Shown piece by piece: positions 27,301 to 44,529 of a DNA stretch of 64,000 nucleotides. A model generated the notes under the pieces. That model saw only the letters and a program-made list of their open reading frames with translations, searched no databases and was not told the DNA's origin. Source of the stretch: Eledone cirrhosa. Taxonomy: Eukaryota. How positions within the stretch are numbered: position 1 is the first letter of the stretch; each line of letters starts with the position of its first letter. The stretch spans positions 66,836,001 through 66,900,000 of the forward strand of contig OZ024740.1 in the NCBI GenBank assembly GCA_964016885.1, in the 5' to 3' direction. A program made the translations under genes and the position numbers.

Positions 27301-27485
27301 TGTGACCGATATGTAAATTCTCGAGCGTGGGTTCAGCTTGTGTAACACAAAAGCTGGAACCACTTGGTGCAGCGGGCGGGATTTTACCTATCTCTATACC
27401 CACTCTCCATCTCACCAAGCAATTAGTACTTCCATGTTTAGTGGTCTCTTCGGTTTCAGCGTAAAACATTTTTTTAAATATATAA

Positions 27486-27583
<98 letters not shown>

Positions 27584-27612
27584 GTGTAATAAACAATATA
27601 ATATAATTATTT

Positions 27613-27666
27613 CATTTACCAGTGGTTTCCTGAGAGCAAACGAATTTGCTTTCAGTCATCAGAATG
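27613..27666 (-). ncRNA. type-I hammerhead ribozyme motif (family C, core intact)
   Basis: Minus strand: catt-CTGATGA-ctgaaagcaaa TTCG tttgctctcag-GAAA-CC ACT GG-TA-aatg. UUCG-capped stem II, GUA triplet. Confidence 0.8.
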
Positions 27667-27807
27667 GAAAAAAATTCTGGTGTTTTTATTGAATGTGGAT
27701 TTGAAAAACAAAAATATAAGGAATATGAAAGTAAGGCTGGTGGAAGAAGAAGAAAAGGAGAAAAGAAAAATAAATATATAAGTATAAAAACACGAACGCA
27801 CACACAC

Positions 27808-27852
<45 letters not shown>

Positions 27853-27919
27853 CCTACACATACACACAAATACAACAAACATATATATATATATATATAC
27901 ACATACATATATATATATA

Positions 27920-29600
27920 AGTATGTATGTATACGTACGTACATATATGTATACTGACGTACAGTAGCATGTATATATATACATACAGGCACACATACAT
28001 ATATGCACGTATCAGTTTACCGAACATTTATTATAATGCTCGGTTTGTTCGTTTGTAAACAAACTAACAGCCTCAATTACGCCGTACAGTGTTTAGGCAA
28101 CCACGTCACCTTTTTGTTCAACACTGACACAGGAACCTTGTACTAGTTTCAAGCTTATTAGCTATCGTCAGCACCGTATACCTTTCTGCCAGATGGTTGA
28201 ACGTCCGAAAGTATATACTTTCCTTATGAAAATTAACGGCTGAGCAGCCTAATTTGCATATCGAGTGAGTTCAGTAGGCCAGGCGCACCGAAAACGACAA
28301 ATGGAATAGAATGAAACGAAATTTCATTTCTCACTCTTAGTACGGCATTTACTTAAATGTAAGTATGTATGTATACGTACAGTAGCATGTATATATATAC
28401 ATGGTGGCTGCCAACTCGTTTTCGAGTACGGCCACTACTTTATATCCATGTAGGAGAACCCCTACCGATGCGCTGAACGAGTGTGACTTTTTAGTCCAGC
28501 CAGCGACTTGAAAACTCTGGTACAAACACTACACTTGTGACAATTACTGACACATAGTGCTGGGCCCATGGTACCATGTGACGACAAGTGCAGAGAGATC
28601 TCCAGATATAAAGCAATGCCTGTGCCGTGAAGCTTTTATAGTGAGCAAAGGCACTGCACAAAGCCAGTCCCACTCTCTTAACCAAGATGATATTTACCAA
28701 AAAGAAGAACAAGTCAACATCATTGGATACCATCAGGGTTGCAGGTGTTATATCAGAGTTTTCCTTCTCCTAGAATTCTGCCTTGACAAAGGCTAAGGGG
28801 TCATCTCTCCCGGTGATTTTGGATGGCCATTGACTCTTAAGAGCTCCTTTGCCCTTTGACAGGTTTTGTTTTTAGTCCTGCAGGATGTCCAAAGTCACCC
28901 TCCTCACCAAGAAACCTTGGTGGGGTTGCCAGTTTAGTCGCCAACGACCCGACCATGGGACGGGTTGTACTGGGATACATGTTACCAGTAGCACCAACTG
29001 GTGACCTGACATATATATACATACAGGCACACATACATATATGCACGTATCAGTTTACCGAACATTTATTATAATGCTCGGTTTGTTCGTTTGCAAACAA
29101 ACAAACAGCTTGAATTACGCCGTACAGTGTTTAGCCAACCACGTCACTTTTTTGTCCACACTGACACAGGAACGATGTAATAGTTTCAAGCTTATTAGCT
29201 ATCGTCAGCACCGTATACCTTTCTGCCAGATGGTTGAACGTCCGAAAGTATATACATTCCTTATGAAAATTAACGGCTGAGCAGCCTAATTTGCATATCG
29301 AGTGAGTTCAGTATGCCAGGCGCACCGAAAACGATAAATGGAATAGAATGAAACGAAATTTCATTTCTCACTCTTAGTACGGCACTTACTTAAATGTAAG
29401 TATGTATGTATACGTACATACATATATGTATACAGACGTACAGTAGCATGTATATATATACATACAGGCAGACATACATATATGCACGTATCAGTTTACC
29501 GAACATTTATTATAATGCTCGGTTTGTTCGTTTGTAAACAAACAAAAGTAAGTGCCGTTCTAAGAGTGAGAAATGAAATTTCGTTTCATTCTATTCCATA
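27920..29600 (-). mobile_element. head-to-tail family A array (441 bp period, about 2.3 units) with an HHR per unit, ending in a short inverted piece
   Basis: ATGCACGTATCAGTTTACCGAAC recurs at ~28003, 29041 and 29482. HHR cores CTGACGA..GAAAC lie on the minus strand at ~28139-28176 and 29172-29214. Inverted terminus at 29546-29598. Confidence 0.85.
28403..29010 (-). mobile_element. family H 608 bp non-coding retroposon with 12 bp target-site duplication
   Basis: ATATATATACAT flanks both sides (28391-28402 and 29011-29022). Partial opposite-orientation copies at 53145-53533 and ~58160-58370. Strand is inferred from the shared end. Confidence 0.8.
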
Positions 29601-29807
29601 TATATATATATTTATATATATATATCGGCCTGCCCGACCAGCCAGAGGGATGGCGTTATCTTATTGCCAAAACAGCACGACATGCAGTGACCAGCGGCGA
29701 CGACTGGCGCCCGACAGACTGGTCGGTCAAGGTGGTAAAGGCGATACATATATATATACACACACCCACATACATACACACATATACACACATACATACA
29801 CACACAG

Positions 29808-29854
<47 letters not shown>

Positions 29855-30041
29855 TATAATTATAAGAATAACAAAATCAATAAACAAAATACATTTACAT
29901 GAAATCAAAGTAAAGTCAAATATAAAAAATAAAAAATGAGGGAATAAAAAAATATTAAGTTGACAGCGATGCGAAAGAAGGGGAAAGGCACAAATAAAAA
30001 TAAATAATCAAACACACCGTTAAGCAAATGTACAAAATAAA

Positions 30042-30148
<107 letters not shown>

Positions 30149-30503
30149 AGTGGTTAAACAACAGTTAGTTCACCATACCGAGAACAATTATATGTGTGTG
30201 TATATATATATGTGTGTATGTATGTATGTATGTATGTATATATGTATGTATGTATGTATGTATGCATACATGTATGTATTCATGTGTGCGTGTATATGTA
30301 TTTGTATGTATACACTTATTGTGTATATGTTTGTACTGTTTATATTTGTTGTGTGTGTATTTTTCAATGTGTGTGAATGTGTATGTATGTGTACATATGC
30401 ATGTGTATGTGTATGCTAGTATATATATATATGTACATATGTATATATGTTATGGAATACTGTTAACTTATCGCTAAAACAATTTCTATACCTTTCATTT
30501 ATT

Positions 30504-31720
30504 GCTCTAGACCTAGCTATTGACCAGTTAATTTTATTGTTCATTTTCTGTCGATTCTATTAAATGATGAATAGCTCCTGTGTATTTTAACATGTCTATT
30601 GAGCACTCTTATTCGATATGTGTAATTCCACATTTTCCCGAATATTTTTCGCGGATATAGAGGTTATCTCCCTTGCTGAATTCCATGTGCGTATTTAACC
30701 TGGGTTATGCCTTTTCATTCGTTTGGACAAAGCTCGTTGAGGAAGTAAATTTCGCGTCCGCTGGCAACTAGAAGTCTTATATATTTTTATGTGAGCTGAT
30801 AGAGGACAGTTTAAGGATTTACAGAAACCCAAGAAGCTAGATTTACCATCTTTCTAGCGGGTCCGGGTATGCTTTTTACATTCATTTTATTTATTGATTT
30901 ATTGATTTTTTATCTGAGTGTCCCGAATCATCCAGATCGCAATTTTTCGGTCGTATGGTTGATTATAGACTTGTTCTATGTGTGATGGTATTTTAACGAT
31001 AGTTATAGCTCTGATTTATCTAAATTATTGAGCCCTCTGTCGCTCATATCGAATTTTGTTTATCGTGAACTCGTGCGCCGATTTTTCGATACTCGATTAT
31101 TCTACTATATTTAGCTCTAGACCTAGCCATTGACCAGTTAATTTTATTGTTCATTTTTTGTCGATTCTATTAAATGATGAATAGCTCATGTTTATTTTAA
31201 CATGTCTATTGAGCACTCTAATTCGATATGTGTATTTCCACATTTTCCCGAATATTTTTCGCGGATATAGAGGTTATCTCCCTTGCTGAATTCCATGTGC
31301 GTATTTAACCTGGGTTATGCCTTTTCATTCGTTTGGACAAAGCTCGTGGAGGAAGTAAATTTCCCGTCCGCTGGCATCTAGAAGTCTTATATATTTTTAT
31401 GTGAGCTGATAGAGGACAGTTTAAGGATTTACAGAAACCCAAGAAGTTAGATTTACCATCTTTCTAGCGGGTCCGGGTATGCTTTTTACATTCATTTGAT
31501 TTATTGATTTATTGATTTTTTATCTGAGCGTCCCGAATCTTCCAGATCGCAATTTTTCGGTCGTATGGTTGATTATAGACTTGTTCTATGTGTGACGGTA
31601 TTTTAACGATAGTTATAGCTCTGATTTATCTAAATTATTGAGCCCTCTGCCGCTCATATCGAATTTTGTTTATCGTGAACTCGTGCGCCGATTTTTCGAT
31701 ACTCGATTATTCTACTATAT
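30504..31720. repeat. tandem dimer of a 610 bp unit
   Basis: GCTCTAGACCTAG starts at 30504 and 31114. Both units end ...GATTATTCTACTATAT with few substitutions. Confidence 0.95.
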
Positions 31721-31738
31721 AAATATATATATATATAA

Positions 31739-31794
<56 letters not shown>

Positions 31795-31929
31795 ATACTA
31801 GCATACACATACACATACATATCCAAACATACATACATACAGATACACACTTTGAAAAATAAAAAATGTTGGAAAGCCTATTCAGTCATTGGCTTGAACA
31901 ATGATTTTATATATAAAAAAATATATATA

Positions 31930-36600
<4,671 letters not shown>

Positions 36601-36614
36601 TATATATGTATATG

Positions 36615-36754
<140 letters not shown>

Positions 36755-38369
36755 CATTGTTCAAGCCAATGCTATGACTGAATAGGCTTTCCAAAATTGT
36801 TGTCGAGCGGGATTGAGTGTCGATGTAGGTCGAGGCAAAGGAAAATTATGATCACAACTTCATTCAACATATATCTACGTATTTTTTTTATTATTATATA
36901 ACATATTATAATATATTACGTTATATTATATATTATATTATACTATATTATATGATATTATATTAGATAAACTTGAGTTTTGTTTAATATGAGTTTAACA
37001 TGAGTTTTGTTTAATATAATGTTATTGGTGTTCCAAATTGGAGATGGATCATGTTTATTAATACATGTATATTTTATATATGAAAATTAATGGGATTAAA
37101 TCTAAAATATTTCAAAAACAGAAATATGTATTTGGAATCATATAAAAATATGTTTTTAAATTAAGCATTATTTTCGAATATTTCAAATTTGCATTGTATT
37201 CAATTTTGTTATTTAAATTCAATATTCGTATTAATATGTTTTTCCTTTTATTTTCCTCCCTCAGCATTTTTATCAACATTTACATTCCAACGGGTATAAC
37301 ATAAAAGTAATATATTTATTTTTGTTGCAACTCATTGTAATGCATGTTTATTTAATGTGTTTAGTGGCGGTGACACTGGGCTGAATTTAATTTATCCAAG
37401 GGAAACTGAGTTAAAATATGTGTATAATTTAATGTATGTCCTTTAAGTGAAAACTATTTCTAACTCCTGTGTGGAGGGAAAGTCCCATAGGACAACCCAT
37501 TCAGTGCTATAAAGTTAACTGAGTTGTAAATACAACGATATAAAGGCAAATAATATTTCATAGCTTAAATATGATTTTATAGTCCACCGCCAGATAGGTA
37601 AGAGAGAGTTCAGAGTTTAATCGAAGTGGTAAATTTCCAATCACAGTAATTTTAAAATATCAAAGAACGTATATATATAATGAATAAAAGTAACCAGGAT
37701 TAAATAAAATTAAATTAATTCATTGATATACGAACATTTCTATCAATACAGTAAGAAATCACAAATGGAGTAGATTTATACTATCACTGAGGTTATATAT
37801 AAATGAATAAAAATAATCAGGATTGAATTGAATTACAAATTTAATTGATAAACGAACGTTCCTCAATCGATTAAATGATTTATTTAACTTAATCCAGACA
37901 ATATAACAGTCATTTTGCAGGTGGTCTACAAGTAAAATGTTTCCCTTTTCTTTTTTTCTTTTTTCACTTTTCAATTTTTTTTATTTTTCAACTTGCGATG
38001 AGTATGGGTTCTACGTAAGCCTGTTTTGTAATTCTGTCGGCATTACTTGATGAGACCGTCCTGTCTTGCATCATAATTGAATGATAGAACTGGCTTATTG
38101 AAATATGTATACTAAATTGTAAGTCCATAATGGAGTATACGTAAATTGATGATCATTGTGAAGATCAGTTGTAGATATTCATATTTCTATAATGTTTGAC
38201 TATTGGAATGTAATTGAATTATCGTGCACTGATTGGGATGTTGCAGAATCAACATAAATTGTTTAAAATGTTAGCATGAGAATATCTCTTCTAAACTGTT
38301 GAGCATTTTATGATGAAAAGAACTGGTGCTAATTTCATCAATTTTCTCACGAAGGCATTTGCGTTATAT

Positions 38370-38570
38370 AGAAGTGGTTACACAACAGTTAGTTCACCAT
38401 ACCGAGAACAATTGTTTCACTTTAGAGGATCCTCAGCTGAGGATCCGCTAAGGTTAAACAATGTTTCTCAGTATGGTGAACTAACTGTTGTGTAACCACT
38501 TCTACCTAACTCGTCCCATGGACTGAGTGCTCTACCACTACGGATATTACATTCCAGTGTTCTACCACTA
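38370..38570. mobile_element. family G short repeat folded back at its HHR core; other copies at 30147-30190 and 50763-50900
   Basis: GAAGTGGTTACACAACAGTTAGTTCACCATACCGAGAACAATTGTTTC is mirrored around GGATCCTCAG|CTGAGGATCC. Confidence 0.8.
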
Positions 38571-38579
38571 TATATATAC

Positions 38580-38722
<143 letters not shown>

Positions 38723-39129
38723 GTGTGTGTATACATTTAATATAGAAATGGCTTCTACTGAACAAGAACTGTTTCATTCGGAGGAAATCATCAGGAAAGC
38801 CGAATGTAAATGTGATATGGTGGTATTTATACATTTTCTGGTGGTAGAAGAAGGTAGTAATTGGTATGGGTGGAGGTTATTGGCTGATGGATTTAAAGAA
38901 AGGGGTTTCTTTAAAAAAACAAAATTTTGAGAAAAAAATCCGTAGTGATACAAATGCAGAAGTAAATTCACACCAAGTACCTATAGACAAACACAAACAC
39001 ACTGAGAGGCACTCCTAGTTTTTAAGGTTCATTCATCCCAAGCAAACAATCGATTCTCTTCGAGTGGCAATATTAAAATGCTCAGCTAAAGAATGCTTGA
39101 GGTCAGCAAAAATCGTCAGGTATCTACAA

Positions 39130-39218
<89 letters not shown>

Positions 39219-39282
39219 CACACACACTAACACATACACACACACACACACACACATACACACACTTACACACACACACACG

Positions 39283-39341
<59 letters not shown>

Positions 39342-39546
39342 ACATATGTATATATATATATTTTTAAGATTAAATTATGCAGACAAAAAGGATATTCTTT
39401 AAGTGGTTATGCTAACATGGTGTGTTAAAGTATACAAAATGGTCAGGTGTTTATAATCACACACAGACACACAAACACACATACGCACACTACACCTAAG
39501 CACCCATATATGTGCATATACATACATACACATATAAAGAAAATTT

Positions 39547-39583
<37 letters not shown>

Positions 39584-39632
39584 TCACCCACACACACATC
39601 GGCATATATATATACACATACACATTTATATT

Positions 39633-40048
39633 CTAGGGCGGCTAAAATTGCCGAGATTCATGGGCGAGTTCTCTCCAGCGGTCTCTGTCCTTCATTATCG
39701 CTGCTATGTCCTGCGTCTCCAACAGACCAGTGTCTGTCCTTAGAGCATCAACATATGTTAACCTTGTTCTTCCACTTCCAGTGTGTCCATGTATGCGCCT
39801 TGCACTGGAGAAACACCAGCACTCTCGCTTTACTGTAGCACCGGCTCAGAGCAGTAGAGTTAAGGCGAAAAAGTATTTGGGAGCAAAGATTGGGAATACG
39901 GTAGATGATGTGGTTGAGAGGAAGAGCAAAGCCTGGGCGGCGTGCTACAGCTTGAGATCAGTGTGGAAGTCGGACCTTCGTAAAGACCTGAAAATCCGCC
40001 TCTTCATTGCTGTTGTGGAGTCTGTGCTGCTGTACGGGTCTGAGACAT
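39633..40048. mobile_element. RTE-clade LINE fragment with 5' inversion
   Basis: Minus strand 39633-39790 reads GSGRTRLTYVDALRTDTG..IMKDRDRWRE (C-terminus). Plus strand 39855-40048 reads [32 protein letters not shown]. Confidence 0.75.
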
Positions 40049-40079
40049 ATAAAAATATATACATACATATACACACACG

Positions 40080-40203
<124 letters not shown>

Positions 40204-40324
40204 GGTGTTGGATTCTTAATGCGTCCGTATGCAGTAGGCCGTATGAGCATTCAATGCTCTCATACAGCAGAGTATATCACAGAATATAAGAGAATCAGTG
40301 TTGCGACTAATGGAATATATTGGA

Positions 40325-40416
40325 CATATTACGATCGTTTCTCTGGCGACCAGCTCGAGGCACGATCGATGTGATGATCGAACCTGACTCTGAAAATCAC
40401 AAGGTCCTCAGATACG
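40325..40416 (-). ncRNA. type-I hammerhead motif with extended stem II in a TA-flanked ~240 bp insert
   Basis: cgtat-CTGAGGA-..63 nt..-GAAA-C GATC G-TA-atatg. Confidence 0.65.
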
Positions 40417-40437
40417 TCTTGATTCTACGAAGCAGAT

Positions 40438-40484
<47 letters not shown>

Positions 40485-40488
<4 letters not shown>

Positions 40489-40820
40489 ATATAAGCTATC
40501 GCCGTATTCTGACTAAAGAAATTAAAGAAATTATTTAGCCTGATTGTGAGGTTAAGAAACCTCGGAGAAATGTAAAAAAATGAGTACTGACATACATGGG
40601 AGTCGAACCCACATCTTTGGTTATCCAGATCACTGTACTACGATTACACCAACGTACATATCGACTCCCATGTACGTCAATACTGATCTTTTTCCATTTC
40701 TCCTAGGGTTCTTAACCCCACTATCAGGCTAAATAATTTCTTTAATTTCTTTAGTGAAAATACGACGATAGCTTATATTTATAATTTCAAATTCGCTCGC
40801 TGTTTCGAAAATATTCTTAA
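40485..40820. mobile_element. family D inverted repeat with a tRNA-like spacer
   Basis: Arms 40485-40605 and 40660-40785 are complementary. Minus-strand spacer has TGGTGTAATCG (A-box-like) and GGTTCGACTCC (B box). Further D copies at 22160-22290 and 35328-35575. Confidence 0.7.
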
Positions 40821-40920
40821 TTGATATATATATATGTAAAAGGTAAACAGAAATAACAACACAATCGGTACAGTATATGGAAAGTATATATTAGGTTAAC
40901 GCTTGATATAGCTGGAAGAG

Positions 40921-40958
40921 GGTCTAAATGTTTCGGACGCTAGTCCTTCATCAGAAAA
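40921..40958 (-). ncRNA. decayed minimal hammerhead motif
   Basis: CTGATGA-A-GGAC TAGC GTCC-GAAA-C; stems I and III are poor. Confidence 0.5.
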
Positions 40959-41171
40959 AATAATGAGAAATAAGATATATTGAGGGGACGGGCGGGATGG
41001 AATTGGAAACAAATTTCTTTAGATAAAAATATATATTTATTAATTAACTAATTAAAGTTTAAGCAAAGAATCGCTGCTTTCACCCTTAACGGGATATTAT
41101 ATATTTGATATATATTTATCCTTATCGAGTCCTTTTTGGATTTTAGTCTTTAAATTTATTATCATTACAAT

Positions 41172-41203
<32 letters not shown>

Positions 41204-41425
41204 TTAAAAGTTAAACATCAAAGAATGAGTTTTACAATAGATTAGAAGCACTCAACAATGAAAGGTTTTCCAGAGTTATTAATATTAATTCAAATATTAA
41301 CAAAATAAAAATTCTAATCATATATATATATATATACATATACATACATGTATATATACATATATACATGTATACATACATACACATATACACATATATA
41401 TGTATACATATGTACACACTCACAT

Positions 41426-41502
<77 letters not shown>

Positions 41503-41511
<9 letters not shown>

Positions 41512-42070
41512 ATACATTGGGAGGGTCATGTTGCCAATAAGAAACACACGCACCAGTTGCTTTCACTTCAATTTATTATAATACATTTATAATAAATTTA
41601 TAAATTTCTGGTTGGTTGGTTGGTTCCACAACCAGATAGTTGTTTATATATTGTCATAGTTCTTTCGTCACACACTCTGTGACCTCTTCAGTGACTGGGG
41701 ATTCCTTTCTTTGTTTCTGTGCCTCTCCTTTGTTCTGTCCTACGCCATTTTGTTTCAGAAACAAAATGGCGTAGGACAGAACAAAGGAGAGGCACAGAAA
41801 CAAAGAATGGAATCCCCAGTCACTGAAGAGGTCACAGAGTGTGTGACGAAAGAACTATGACAATATATAAACAACTATCTGGTTGTGGAACCAACCAACC
41901 AACCAGAAATCTATAAATTTATAAATTTATTATAAATGTATTATAATAAATTGAAGTGAAAGCAACTGGTGCGTGTGTTTCTTATTGGCAACATGACCCT
42001 CCCAAAGTATAACAATATCGGTTTCAACACACGATTTCAGATAAAGAATCTTGCTAAACAAATTCAAAAA

Positions 42071-42073
<3 letters not shown>
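41503..42073. mobile_element. family B element as a near-perfect ~510 bp palindrome (centre 41757) with an HHR on each strand
   Basis: Arms differ by a few substitutions and an 8 bp indel. HHRs at 41653-41695 (-) and 41819-41861 (+). Confidence 0.92.
41819..41861 (+). ncRNA. type-I hammerhead ribozyme motif (family B, core intact)
   Basis: gtca-CTGAAGA-g gtcaca gagtg tgtgac-GAAA-G AA C-TA-tgac. CUA triplet. Confidence 0.78.
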
Positions 42074-42110
<37 letters not shown>

Positions 42111-42396
42111 GCATACAAGTAATTTATACATGTCCAAAATGCAAGTAGGTAAAAAGTACTTAGATAACTTAGTAACGTGAGGCGGATCGAAAAGGGGCAT
42201 GGGTTGCAGGTAGGGGTGGGGTGGGATGGAGCGGGAGGAGATAGTTTATCGAATGACGTATTTTGGGGAACCTGTCGTTCTGGTGGCCAGAATGGTTTGT
42301 AATATTTGTATGGTGCATGCAATTCGTTATATATATATATATATATATGATTTCTAATGAATGAAACAGTTCTAGTCCTGTAGAATCTCATTTATA

Positions 42397-42453
<57 letters not shown>

Positions 42454-42577
42454 GTGTGTAAGCGTGTCCTCGTGTGTAGCTAAGTGTGTATGTATGTACA
42501 TATGTGTACGAGTATGTGTTTATAAGTATTGTTAATAACATTATACGAATTACATTGTTGTTACTACTAATATTATT

Positions 42578-42665
42578 AGCTTTGCCTTTTATCCTTATGG
42601 GGTCAATAAAATAAATTACCAGTCAAGCACTGAAGTCGATTTAAGCTCCTTTCCCCTTTCCCCTA
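42578..42665 (+). mobile_element. 5'-truncated S1 SINE just upstream of the SLC6 exon
   Basis: CTTTGCCTTTTATCCTTATGGGGTCAATAAAATAAATTACCAGTCAAGCACTG. Confidence 0.7.
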
Positions 42666-42763
42666 AGGGGGTGGGAGGGTTAAATGGGTGTGCACGCTGC
42701 CTTGTGTGTGCGTGCGTATATGTGTGTATATAATTATATACATCTACATCCTCTATGTTTCAG

Positions 42764-42821
42764 GAAATGTGTCAACGCTATATACATCTGGCCTGAAGAC
42801 ACCAAGTGAAGAATACTACAA
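42764..42821 (+). CDS. short SLC6 exon (end of extracellular loop 2)
   Basis: TTTCAG acceptor, GTAAGT donor at 42822, 58 bp. Its phase-1 start matches the 26730 donor. Reads NVSTLYTSGLKTPSEEYY, with an N-glycosylation sequon and the family (T/S)PSEE(Y/F) motif. Confidence 0.88.
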
Positions 42822-43190
42822 GTAAGTTTCAACATAAACAGATCATCTTTTTAATATTTGTATCGTCTTGTCATATATTCTGTTCTTTATCAGCGATTAA
42901 TTTGTTGTTGTAATGAGGGGTTATTCAAATTTAAAACAAAACGAAGAATTGCATGAATGTATCATATCTTCAGTTATAATGTATATTTTGTTACTTTATG
43001 TGGTTACTTGCATTCAGCGTGTTTTTGCATTCTATCACTTTTTTCTATTACCTTTCGTGTGTTAAACGTATTAGTTGTGTTTAGTTTAAGAGAGTGGATT
43101 TTACAGTGCAGATAAGCGATAAATAGACAGACAAGGAGTTTTAAATATAACCATTACTGTATAGTTAAATCATTTAATTCACACACCCTC

Positions 43191-43289
<99 letters not shown>

Positions 43290-43331
43290 TCTCTCTCTCT
43301 CTATTATCTATCTCTCTCTCGCTCTCTCACG

Positions 43332-43405
<74 letters not shown>

Positions 43406-44206
43406 CGCACACACATACACACACAAACACACACACACACACATACACACACACAGTTCAGTCCCATCTTCATGCGTGTTAACTTCCACTGGCTGTGAAA
43501 TTTGAAATACGGAACCTATGCAGAAGTCCACCGTTATTAAATATTCATATGTGTTTTTTATGTCGATGAAATATAGTATCAATCATTTTAATTTTTAAAT
43601 TAATCAACTATACACCTCCCTATAATTGTCAAACTTAGAAATTAATATAAAATACTCCAAAAAAGCTAAGCATTTCCTGTTCTAATCTACTTTGAAAGAG
43701 AATGCTTAGAAAATGTATCTAGTACACACTAAAATCACATCAACCATCTAAAGAGATGCATAAATAGACCACTGTAGCTCCTGAAATATATGACGATGGT
43801 TTCTCACTTCTCGAAAAAACCTGCTGTGTCCGAAGTCTACGCTGAGCAATGTCAAACTGCATGATTTTTAGATATAAATGCAGAACACTTGGTGAAATAT
43901 AAATGACTGAATATACCGCAATCTAAAATATAAATGAAAATGCTGAGCTTAGGCTAAAGTGGTACATGCTTTCGCTACATGTCTACTCAATCATAGATAA
44001 TGCAGTCTAAAACACCAACTGCAATTCAACAGTAGCAATACTGCTAAGAATAAAAGAAAAACAGCTGAAGACTACAAGTTTAGCAATAGCTATCAGGCCA
44101 ATCTATTCTACTTTCTATCATTGAACAATTCTTTCAAACAGAGATAACGACTATTTTACAAAAATGCATCGAGAAAATTCCATCTCGTAAAATCAATATG
44201 TCAATT

Positions 44207-44245
<39 letters not shown>

Positions 44246-44529
44246 GGCATACATACACGCACACACACACACACACTCACACATATATATATATATAGAA
44301 AGAGAGAGAGAAGGAAGGAAAGAGAGATGTGTGTGGTTGTATATATTTCGGTATGTTTTTGTCCGATCGTTCTGTTTCGTAACCCCCACATACACAAACA
44401 AGTATTAAACGCATTGCTGATCCAATGAACAAGATACCCACTGATATATATATTCATTGCTAAATATTGACACAAATTCGCCGAAATTTGTTTAAAAACG
44501 TGTTTGTGATGGGTTAGCAACATTATTTC

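Noticed and set aside
28925-29010. HDV-like or twister ribozyme at the presumed 5' end of family H
   Set aside because: CCAGT/ACTGG pairing and a GACTAA segment exist, but P3/L3/P1 could not be fitted convincingly.
37265-37306. Extra SLC6 micro-exon after a strong pyrimidine tract + CAG
   Set aside because: The donor at 37294 gives 29 bp, which breaks phase; the donor at 37307 gives 42 bp with an in-frame TAA. It could only be a poison or paired exon and needs RNA-seq.
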